From: Demequinaceae bacterium
GTDB taxonomy: Bacteria > Actinomycetota > Actinomycetes > Actinomycetales > Demequinaceae
Assembly: GCA_965250005.1 (NCBI GenBank)
Contig: OZ252279.1
Coordinates: 1,020,001-1,052,000, forward strand
Direction of reading: 5' to 3'
Length of the DNA: 32,000 nt
A program made the translations under genes and the position numbers. This document shows, one piece after another, positions 1-7,665 of the stretch. How positions within the stretch are numbered: position 1 is the first letter of the stretch; the number at the start of each line of letters is the position of its first letter. The notes below the pieces were generated by a model. That model did no database searches. It had not been told where the DNA came from and saw only the letters and a program-made list of their open reading frames with translations.

Positions 1-701
1 CCCGACGCGTGGAACTGGCGCGCAACCGCGCGAACACTCGCGCGCGGGCTGTACTCGACGCGCATTCCGGGCACGAACCACACCACATACCCCGCCTCGA
101 CCAGACGATGATTTAGCTCCCAGTCCTGGGCGCGAGAGAACTTCTCGTCGAAGCCGCCAACGCTGTCAACCGCAGCACGCCTAAACGTCCCGAGGAATAC
201 CGAGTCCACTGGGCCGGGTTCGCCTCCCACGTGAAAGCGCGCGCCGCCGATTCCCCACCTTGAGCTCATCGCCGCGGCCACCGAGCGTTGGAGCGCAGTG
301 GTGCCTACCGGAACCATTTGACCGCCAACGTTCGCCGCTCCAGTTTGAGCGAGCGCCTCAACCGCCTCGGCAATGTACCCGGCAGGCAGAACCGTGTGAC
401 CGTCAATCCGGACGATCACGTCGCGGGTGGTTGCCGCAAGCGCGAGGTTGAGGCCCTGTGGCGTGAGCCCGGTTGGGTTGTCGACAACGGCCACGCAGCG
501 GTCTTTCGCAAGCGCTTTGGCGACCTCGCCTGTCGCGTCGTGAGACGGCCCCACGGCGATCACCAATTCTACACCTGGTCCATGCCCGTTATCGAGTACG
601 CTCCTCACGGCGCGCTCAAGGTGCTGCTCCTCGTTGAGGACGGTCATGATCACGCTAACGGGCTCGCGCACGCGCAGCGGCGGCAACTGGGGATTCGTCA
701 C
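1..701 (-). CDS. Family-2 glycosyltransferase (GT-A fold). N-terminal part only; the 3' end runs off the left window edge.
   Basis: My own translation of the reverse strand from GTG (701-699): VTNPQLPPLRVREPVSVIMTVLNEEQHLERAVRSVLDNG..VELVIAVGPSHDATGEVAKALA..VVDNPTGLTPQGLNLAL..VRIDGH..FDEKFSRAQDWELNHRL. The SVIMxVxNEE start, the DGH motif and the DWEL motif are typical of GT2. It is absent from the ORF track because the frame stays open to position 1. Confidence 0.8.
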   Translation of the reverse strand, partial: MTNPQLPPLRVREPVSVIMTVLNEEQHLERAVRSVLDNGHGPGVELVIAVGPSHDATGEVAKALAKDRCVAVVDNPTGLTPQGLNLALAATTRDVIVRIDGHTVLPAGYIAEAVEALAQTGAANVGGQMVPVGTTALQRSVAAAMSSRWGIGGARFHVGGEPGPVDSVFLGTFRRAAVDSVGGFDEKFSRAQDWELNHRLVEAGYVVWFVPGMRVEYSPRASVRAVARQFHAS

Positions 702-811
702 CTGACGAGGTTAACGCGAAGCCAGGCAACAGCAGCACTGCGCCGCGCGTTACACATAGAGCAAACGTACAATGGGGAAACAATGACCAGGATTCTGTTA
801 GTGGCCTGCGC

Positions 812-2035
812 GTGAGCGCGTTTCGGCGTCGCCCCCGTCGTCACGCGTCGAAGGCCCGCGATTTTCCGCTGGTACGCACGGCGGCTTGGGCCGTCGCTGC
901 CGCCGCGGGATTCGCCATGATGTACCCCATCGCACTCGTAGCAACCGCGCTCGACGAGGCCACCGTGGTCGACGTCGGGGGGCTGATTGGCGAAAACCGC
1001 CCGCCTGCACCCCTGCCCCCGGTTGACGGCACCAAGGGCTCCGCGATCAACATCCTGCTCATGGGATCGGACGTGCGCACGGGCGCAAATAGTGTGATCG
1101 GCGGCAACGTAGCCGGTGGCATGCGCAACGACACCACCATCATCATGCACATCTCGGCAGATCGAACCCGTGTCGAAATGATCTCGATTCCTCGCGACTC
1201 CGTTGTTCCGATCCCCGACTGCAAATTGTTTGACGGAACCATCAAGCGCGGTTGGACGGGCAATTTCAACATTGCCTTCGCAAACGGCGGAATCAATGGC
1301 AATCCGGCAGAGGCAGCGGCTTGCACCATCAACGCGGTTGAAGCGCTGACAGACATCTACATCCACTACTACGCGGTGGTCGACTTCACGGGATTCATCG
1401 GCATGATCGACGCCATCGGCGGCGTACCCATGTGCATTCCACACGACATCTACTCGTCCAAGGCCAAACTCAACATCAAGGCGGGCCCCCAAGTGCTCGA
1501 CGGCTGGACCGCTCTCGCGTACGCCCGCCTTCGCAAGGCTGAGTCGAGCGGCGGAACCGTCGACGGCACGGACCTCCAGCGCATCGAGCGCCAACAGGAA
1601 CTCCTCGCGAATACCGCCGAGTACGCGCTCGAGCGGGGAATCCTCTTCCGCCCAACCGAGCTACAAGAATTCCTATCGGCGGGGGCATCGTCCGTGACAA
1701 TGAGCCCCGAGCTTGCTGACATCAAATATCTCGTCGGCCTCACCTTCAGCCTGCGGAACATTCAAAAGGAGAACATCGTCTTCGTCACCGTGCCGTGGCG
1801 CTTCCGCGGTAAGCAACTCGGCGGCGTCGCCTGGACACCCGCAGCGCAGACGCTCTTCGATGACGTAATCGCTGACCGACCTATCGCCGGACGCTCGGTT
1901 GCCGATGCGAGCAACATCGCCGTGCCTAAACCGGTACCCACTGCCGGACCCGCAACCACGCCATCGCCAGGCGCTAACGAAGAGGACGACGGGGTCGATC
2001 CGTTCGACCTGCTCGGCGCTTGCACCGCAGGATAG
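812..2035 (+). CDS. LCP (LytR-CpsA-Psr) family cell-wall glycopolymer phosphotransferase, paralog 1
   Basis: 407-aa ORF with a GTG start. It has an N-terminal TM helix (WAVAAAAGFAMMYPIALVATAL) and the LCP core motifs INILLMGSDVR, RNDTTIIMHISADRTRVEMISIPRDS and YARLR. A Pro-rich C-terminal tail follows. Confidence 0.9.
   Translation: MSAFRRRPRRHASKARDFPLVRTAAWAVAAAAGFAMMYPIALVATALDEATVVDVGGLIGENRPPAPLPPVDGTKGSAINILLMGSDVRTGANSVIGGNVAGGMRNDTTIIMHISADRTRVEMISIPRDSVVPIPDCKLFDGTIKRGWTGNFNIAFANGGINGNPAEAAACTINAVEALTDIYIHYYAVVDFTGFIGMIDAIGGVPMCIPHDIYSSKAKLNIKAGPQVLDGWTALAYARLRKAESSGGTVDGTDLQRIERQQELLANTAEYALERGILFRPTELQEFLSAGASSVTMSPELADIKYLVGLTFSLRNIQKENIVFVTVPWRFRGKQLGGVAWTPAAQTLFDDVIADRPIAGRSVADASNIAVPKPVPTAGPATTPSPGANEEDDGVDPFDLLGACTAG
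1324..1527 (+). repeat. High-identity tract shared with 2668..2871 (LCP paralog core)
   Basis: Hand alignment at a constant offset of 1344 nt gives about 9 mismatches in about 205 nt. It includes exact runs of 53 nt (atcggcatgatcgacgcc...cacacgacat) and 47 nt (ggcccccaagtgctcgac...gcccgcct). Confidence 0.8.
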
Positions 2036-2155
2036 ACGCCGCGCCGTGTAACTCAACGGAACGCACCAGACCATCCGCGCGTTAGTTACTCTTAGATGGC
2101 CGATTTCTTCGCGCACCACAACAACCGCTATCACCGTCCTCAGGGAGAGTCGCTC

Positions 2156-3373
2156 ATGAGCGTGTTTCGCCGCAGCCCGCCCCGTCACGCGACAATCGCG
2201 CGGGATCTTTCCGTACTCCGTTACTTTGCCTGGTCGATAGCGGCGATAGGCGGCCTCGTGGCCGCCTATCCATTTGCGCTGGTGGCAACTGCACTTGACC
2301 AGGTGACCGCCGTGGACGTAGCGCCTCTGATCGGCGAGAACAGGCCTCCGGCGCCACTACCGCCGGTGGACGGCGCCAAGGGAACTGCGATCAACATCCT
2401 GCTCATGGGATCGGACGCGCGCACAGGTGCAAACGCTGGGATCGGAGGCTATGAAGCGGGCGGCATGCGCAACGACACCACCATCATCATGCACATCTCG
2501 GCGGACCGAACCCGCGTCGAACTCATTTCGATCCCCCGCGACTCGCGCGTACGCATCCCCGACTGCCAACTGTTCGACGGGACCACCGCGAAGGGTTGGA
2601 CCGGCAAATTCAATATTGCGTTTGCCAATGGCGGCCGCCACGGCAACCCAGCCGAGGCAGCGGCCTGCACCATCAACGCGGTTGAAGCGCTGACAGATAT
2701 CTACATCCACTACTACGCAGTGGTCGATTTTTCGGGATTTATCGGCATGATCGACGCCATCGGCGGCGTACCCATGTGCATTCCACACGACATTTACTCG
2801 TCCAAGGCCAAACTCAACGTCAAGGCTGGCCCCCAAGTGCTCGACGGCTGGACCGCTCTCGCGTACGCCCGCCTACGCACAGCCGAATCCAGCGGCGGCA
2901 CAATTAACGGCTCCGACATCCAGAGAATCGACCGTCAGCAACAGTTACTCGCCAACACCGCTGAGGCCGCGCTCGCCCAAAATATCCTCTTCCGGCCGAC
3001 AGAACTCCAGGAGTTCCTAAGCGCTGGTGCCGCGTCGATGACGATGAGCCCAGGACTTGCGGACATCAACTATCTGGTGGGCCTCACTTTCAGCCTGCGA
3101 AATGTCCAGAAAGAAAACATCGTCTTCGTCACCGTGCCATGGAAGGGTCACCCAAATGGATCGGACGTCGTCTGGACCTCAGCCGCATACACATTGTTCG
3201 CTCAGGTGATTGCGGACTCGCCGATTTCGGGCCGTTCGGTGGCAGACACGAGCACAGCTGCTGATCCGGAACCCGCGCCTAGCCTCAGCCCAGGCGCGGA
3301 GCCCGCGCCGGAACCATCTCCATCGGCCGATCCGAATAACCCGAACAACTTGCTGACAGGCTGCACTGCCTAG
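2156..3373 (+). CDS. LCP (LytR-CpsA-Psr) family cell-wall glycopolymer phosphotransferase, paralog 2
   Basis: The track ORF is 2096..3373. I prefer ATG 2156 (MSVFRRSPPRHATIARD) because it aligns residue-for-residue with the paralog 1 start (SAFRRRPRRHASKARD) and follows AGGGAGA at 2142-2148. The LCP motifs match paralog 1 (INILLMGSDAR, RNDTTIIMHISADRTRVELISIPRDS). Confidence 0.9.
   Translation: MSVFRRSPPRHATIARDLSVLRYFAWSIAAIGGLVAAYPFALVATALDQVTAVDVAPLIGENRPPAPLPPVDGAKGTAINILLMGSDARTGANAGIGGYEAGGMRNDTTIIMHISADRTRVELISIPRDSRVRIPDCQLFDGTTAKGWTGKFNIAFANGGRHGNPAEAAACTINAVEALTDIYIHYYAVVDFSGFIGMIDAIGGVPMCIPHDIYSSKAKLNVKAGPQVLDGWTALAYARLRTAESSGGTINGSDIQRIDRQQQLLANTAEAALAQNILFRPTELQEFLSAGAASMTMSPGLADINYLVGLTFSLRNVQKENIVFVTVPWKGHPNGSDVVWTSAAYTLFAQVIADSPISGRSVADTSTAADPEPAPSLSPGAEPAPEPSPSADPNNPNNLLTGCTA
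2668..2871 (+). repeat. High-identity tract shared with 1324..1527 (LCP paralog core)
   Basis: Second copy of the tract described for 1324..1527. Confidence 0.8.
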
Positions 3374-3390
3374 GCTGCGGGCTGGAACCT

Positions 3391-3900
3391 CTATGCGCGG
3401 ATGGCCTTGCCCTTTGCCTTGGCCGCCAGCCGGAGTTCTTGCTGAAACTTCTCCATGCGTTCTCTGAGCGCCTCAGACTCCTCGCCTTCACCAGCTCCAA
3501 GCATGCGGACGGCAAGTAGCCCAGCGTTGCGCGCGCCAGCTATCGACACCGTCGCGACCGGAACGCCCGCAGGCATTTGGACGATACTCAGCAGCGAGTC
3601 CATGCCGTCGAGGTGTTTGAGCGGGACGGGGACGCCGATGACGGGCAGCGAAGTTACCGCCGCCAGCATGCCAGGCAAGTGAGCCGCGCCGCCTGCGCCC
3701 GCGATGATCACGCGCATTCCGCGGCCGGCGGCCGCGCGCCCATACTCAAGCATCTCGTCCGGCATCCGGTGAGCGGACACGACGTCGGCCTCGTACGACA
3801 CTTCAAATTCGCCGAGCGCCTTCGCGGCCAACTCCATCACGGGCCAATCAGAATCTGAGCCCATCACCACGCCCACCTGGGGCTTGCCTGTCGCCATCAT
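3391..3900 (-). CDS. purE: N5-carboxyaminoimidazole ribonucleotide mutase (class I PurE)
   Basis: 169 aa. Motifs: [46 protein letters not shown]. The start overlaps the purK stop by 4 nt (ATGA at 3897-3900). Confidence 0.95.
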   Translation of the reverse strand: MMATGKPQVGVVMGSDSDWPVMELAAKALGEFEVSYEADVVSAHRMPDEMLEYGRAAAGRGMRVIIAGAGGAAHLPGMLAAVTSLPVIGVPVPLKHLDGMDSLLSIVQMPAGVPVATVSIAGARNAGLLAVRMLGAGEGEESEALRERMEKFQQELRLAAKAKGKAIRA

Positions 3901-5039
3901 GAACCTCCGCCTCTCACGATAGCGGCCGCAGCCCGCGCCCTCGCGACGACATCGCCAAGGTCGCTATCCGCCACAGTGACATGCCCGACTTTTCGGCCTG
4001 GTCGCACTTCCTTGCAATACAAGTGTACCTTGGCCCCCGCGTCGGCGATCTCGGGCAGCGCGGTATGTAGCTCTGTTCGATCACCGCCGAGCACATTGGC
4101 CATGACGACACATTCGGCAAGCATGCTCGTGTCGCCGAGCGGCAGGTCCGCCACCGCCCGCAAGTGCTGCTCGAACTGGCTAGTCACAGAGCCGTCGATA
4201 GTCCAATGCCCGGAATTGTGCGGCCTCATAGCCAGTTCATTGATGAGCAGCCGGCCGTCGACTTCGAACATTTCGACCGCGAGGACTCCGACGACGCCGA
4301 GCTCGGTCGCCACGAGTTCCCCGATCTGTCGCGCCTCGGCGTCCAGGCCCGAGTCGCTGTGTGGGGCCGGCGCAATGACTTCGGCACACACTCCAGCTCG
4401 CTGGATTGACTCCACCATCGGCCACGTGCGGACCTCACCCGATGGGCGGCGCGCCACGAGCGCGGCCACCTCGCGGTCGAACGCCACTAACTCTTCGACC
4501 AGCACCTCGGGTCCGCCCGCGGCTGCCGCATCCACCCAGTCGCGGGCCTCGTCGGCGCTCGATATGACTCGAACGCCCTTGCCGTCGTAACCTCCCCGGG
4601 CAGTCTTCAGCACGGCTCTGCCCCCCATGTCTGAGACAAATCTGTCGACGTCACCGAGCGTATTGACGCGTTTCCAGGCGGGGCCCGGCAGCCCGAGCGA
4701 ATCCATGCGAGTGCGCATTTCGATTTTGTCCTGCGCGAACCGGAGGGCCGGGATTCCAGGCTCGGCACGAACGCCAACAGCCTGGGCCGCGGCGAATACC
4801 TCGGCCGGAATGTGCTCATGCTCCCACGTGATTGCGATTGGACGTGGCACGGCGAGCAAGCGTGCGATGGCAACCGGATCTGAAGGGGCGCCAACAACGT
4901 ACTCGTGCGCGGGGCTGGTCGCAGAGGCGTCCTCCGATTCGACGAGAACCCTCAGCGTCAGGCCGAGAGCCGTCGCTGCGGGCGTCATCATGCGCGCCAA
5001 CTGCCCCCCGCCTACAACCGCCACCACTGGTGCTGTCAT
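3897..5039 (-). CDS. purK: N5-carboxyaminoimidazole ribonucleotide synthase (ATP-grasp)
   Basis: 380 aa. N-terminal [16 protein letters not shown]-grasp core ([27 protein letters not shown]), C-terminal GRKVGHVT. It lies immediately upstream of purE. Confidence 0.95.
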   Translation of the reverse strand: MTAPVVAVVGGGQLARMMTPAATALGLTLRVLVESEDASATSPAHEYVVGAPSDPVAIARLLAVPRPIAITWEHEHIPAEVFAAAQAVGVRAEPGIPALRFAQDKIEMRTRMDSLGLPGPAWKRVNTLGDVDRFVSDMGGRAVLKTARGGYDGKGVRVISSADEARDWVDAAAAGGPEVLVEELVAFDREVAALVARRPSGEVRTWPMVESIQRAGVCAEVIAPAPHSDSGLDAEARQIGELVATELGVVGVLAVEMFEVDGRLLINELAMRPHNSGHWTIDGSVTSQFEQHLRAVADLPLGDTSMLAECVVMANVLGGDRTELHTALPEIADAGAKVHLYCKEVRPGRKVGHVTVADSDLGDVVARARAAAAIVRGGGS

Positions 5040-5071
5040 GGCACAACCGTACCGGCGACTAGGCTCGCCGC

Positions 5072-5518
5072 ATGGTCATCGTCACGTGGGTCCGCGAGCG
5101 CCGGGTCGAGTTGCTCAGATTCGGCACCGTAGGCGGCGTCGCGTTCATCGTCGACTTGGGATTATACAACCAACTGCAGTTCGGTGAAGGCGCCCTGCTG
5201 GCAGACAAGGTTGTGACCGCCAAGGTCATCTCAGCGGCCGCCGCCACTCTCGTAGCCTGGCTCGGCAATCGCCTATGGACGTTTTCTCATCACCGCACCC
5301 AACGCCCCGCGCGCGAGCTTCTGGGCTTCGGAATCGTCAATGTCGCAGCGCTCGTCATCGCAGCAGCGACCGTCGCGGTTTCGACTTACGTCTTCGGGTT
5401 TGAGAGCCCGCTTGCGAAGAACGTCGCAGCCATCGTCGGCATCGGCTTCGGTACCATCGCCCGGTACATCGGCTACAAGAAATTCGTGTTCACCGGGGGG
5501 CGTGCAGGCGCCTCGTAG
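5072..5518 (+). CDS. GtrA-family membrane protein (polyprenol-linked sugar handling)
   Basis: 148 aa with 4 predicted TM helices. N-terminal LLRFGTVGGVAFIVDLGLYN and C-terminal RYIGYKKFVF are typical of the GtrA family. Confidence 0.85.
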   Translation: MVIVTWVRERRVELLRFGTVGGVAFIVDLGLYNQLQFGEGALLADKVVTAKVISAAAATLVAWLGNRLWTFSHHRTQRPARELLGFGIVNVAALVIAAATVAVSTYVFGFESPLAKNVAAIVGIGFGTIARYIGYKKFVFTGGRAGAS

Positions 5519-5562
5519 ATGCGGCCCGTGCCTGCTGGCCGCCGCGTCCAGACGGTGGCGCG

Positions 5563-6873
5563 CTACCGGCGACGCCGACGCGTCTTGACCTTACGGCTGT
5601 GCGGCACGACCCGCTCGAGATCAACCATGGGCGGCATCCCTTGCAGAAACAAGGAGAAGATGGCAGGAACGCGCTGCGAGAGTTCGAGCCGACCACCGTC
5701 CGCAGTCACAAGATCGCGTGCGAGTGCGAGCCCGAGGCCCGTACCCCGGCCTGACGTGACGTCGCGCTCGAATATCTCGGTTGCGAGATCCTCAGGAACG
5801 CCATCTCCTTCGTCGCTGACTTCGATCACGATCGCATAGTTGGTGGCCGATTCGCGCACTGCGACACGGGTTTGACCCCCGCCATGAACAAGCGAGTTCT
5901 CGATGAGTGTCGCAAGCACCTGTGCGAGGCCGCCGGGCGAAGCGAAGACGGTGGCATCCGTGTCTGCGACAACGATGGACCGCCTCTTCGCCGCAAAAAT
6001 GGACTCCCACTCTTCTCGCTGCTGCCTCATAACCTTCCCGAGGACAACCATTTCTGTCGAGCCGCCCAGCGCTTTCCGCGTCCGGCCCAGCAAATCATCG
6101 ACGACACCCACTAGCCGCTCGACCTGCTCAAGTGCCGCTTCGACTTCATCTCGCACCTCGCGCTTCTCCGTGGTGGCGGAGATCTCTTCCAGCCGCATGG
6201 TGAGCGCGGTGAGCGGCGTGCGGAGTTGATGCGAAGCATCGGCCGAGAATTGTCTCTCTGCAGACAGCCGCGCTGCCATGCGGTCAGCGCTGCGAACGAG
6301 TTCCTCGTAGACGAGGTCGATTTCCTCGACACCAGACCGTTCAATGTTTGCTTTGAGGTGGCCCGCGCCCAACGCCTCGGCGCTCGCCGCCAGGTACACG
6401 AGCGGAGCCGACAGCCGCTTCGCCTGCAACATCGCGAACGCTATCCCGGTCGCGATCGCGACTACCCCGACTGCGAGGACGACGGATACGGCCTCAAGCG
6501 CGTCGAAGAACACGTCCCACCATGAGATTTCCATCGTGATCGAAATCCCGGATGCGGTCACCTCGGTGTGCGTGAAACTGCGTTGCGGACGTACTCCTGC
6601 CGTCAGCTCCTCACCCGTTGGCCAAATCATCAAGATGAACGCTTGGGGGTTTACCTCTCCGCCAATGTACGGGTTGAGGGTTGCGCGCGAGATCGTCTCT
6701 TCCCTCACGAACCGTACCTCCAGAGCACCAGCCGCAGTCGCGGTACGCGCATTTAGTTCGAGGAGCGCGTCGTCGCGAACGGACTGCGCGGCCGAGACTC
6801 CAAGCGGGATGCCTAGCATGACGACAGCGGCCATAACCGCCGAGATCGTCGCGAAGAGGAGGCGCCGCCGCAC
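5563..6873 (-). CDS. Sensor histidine kinase (TM-sensor-TM-HAMP-HisKA-HATPase_c)
   Basis: 436 aa with a GTG start. Two TM segments flank a roughly 120-aa extracytoplasmic loop. H-box SADASHQLRTPLT, N-box ENSLVHGG, G-boxes DEGDGVPE and GTGLGLALAR. Confidence 0.9.
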   Translation of the reverse strand: MRRRLLFATISAVMAAVVMLGIPLGVSAAQSVRDDALLELNARTATAAGALEVRFVREETISRATLNPYIGGEVNPQAFILMIWPTGEELTAGVRPQRSFTHTEVTASGISITMEISWWDVFFDALEAVSVVLAVGVVAIATGIAFAMLQAKRLSAPLVYLAASAEALGAGHLKANIERSGVEEIDLVYEELVRSADRMAARLSAERQFSADASHQLRTPLTALTMRLEEISATTEKREVRDEVEAALEQVERLVGVVDDLLGRTRKALGGSTEMVVLGKVMRQQREEWESIFAAKRRSIVVADTDATVFASPGGLAQVLATLIENSLVHGGGQTRVAVRESATNYAIVIEVSDEGDGVPEDLATEIFERDVTSGRGTGLGLALARDLVTADGGRLELSQRVPAIFSLFLQGMPPMVDLERVVPHSRKVKTRRRRR

Positions 6874-6882
6874 GGTCGGGTC

Positions 6883-7563
6883 CTACGAGGGACCGGTTTC
6901 GAACCGGAATCCCATGCCACGGACCGTAGTGATGAATCGCGGCGAATTCGCGTCGTCACCGAGCTTCCGCCGCAGCCAAGATATGTGCATATCCAAAGTC
7001 TTGGTTGGCGCCCCAGTTTCAGCCGACCACACGTCGCGCATCAGCGCGTCTCGGCTGACGACGGTTCCAGCGTTTGTAATCAACTCGTACAGGAGGTCGA
7101 ATTCCTTCCCGCTGAGCTGCAATTCGACGTCGTCAAGGTAAGCGCGGTGTCCGGCCAAGTCGATTCGAACGCCGAACACGTCGATGTCGCCGGCCTCGTC
7201 CCCGTGCGTGCGGCGACGCAACAGTGCGCGCACGCGAGCGAGAAGTTCCGCCAATCGGAAGGGCTTGGTGACGTAGTCGTCGGCACCAGCATCGAGGCCG
7301 ACCACTAGATCTACCTCGTCGGCGCGAGCCGTGAGCATGAGGATCGGGACCGTAAATCCTTGTTCTCGCACGCGGCGCGCCACATCAATGCCGTCGATGT
7401 CGGGCAATCCGAGGTCAAGAATGATCAGATCGGCTCGGCCCGCGGCAGCCGTGCCCTCTTTGCCAAGCCCAAACCACTCAACCTCGTAACCCTCGCGGCT
7501 CAAAGCGCGGGTCAAGGGTTCTGAAATGGCCGGGTCATCTTCGACCAAGACAATTTTCGCCAT
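6883..7563 (-). CDS. OmpR-family response regulator
   Basis: The track ORF runs to 7596. I prefer ATG 7563 (MAKIVLVEDD), the canonical receiver start. Receiver motifs DLIILDLGLPDIDG and KPF are present. The winged-helix C-terminus reads LSGKEFDLLYEL...TVRGMGFRF. Confidence 0.9.
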   Translation of the reverse strand: MAKIVLVEDDPAISEPLTRALSREGYEVEWFGLGKEGTAAAGRADLIILDLGLPDIDGIDVARRVREQGFTVPILMLTARADEVDLVVGLDAGADDYVTKPFRLAELLARVRALLRRRTHGDEAGDIDVFGVRIDLAGHRAYLDDVELQLSGKEFDLLYELITNAGTVVSRDALMRDVWSAETGAPTKTLDMHISWLRRKLGDDANSPRFITTVRGMGFRFETGPS

Positions 7564-7665
7564 TCCGCCACCATACTCCCGGACACCCCTAGGCAACAGA
7601 GGCGATCGCGATTTGCTGAGGGCGGACCGCTCGCGAGGCTGGCCACGGCTATATGCTTACGTCTC

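Noticed and set aside
768-773. TACAAT hexamer upstream of LCP paralog 1 as a -10 promoter element
   Set aside because: The only nearby -35-like hexamer (TTACAC) is 12 nt away, which is the wrong spacing. A single hexamer match is not enough to annotate a promoter.
698-1594. 298-aa ORF on the minus strand overlapping LCP paralog 1
   Set aside because: It lies entirely antisense to a gene with clear LCP motifs. Its Arg/Ala/Val/Gly-rich composition without motifs is typical of shadow ORFs in high-GC DNA. The same applies to 841..1356, 2357..2836 and similar ORFs.
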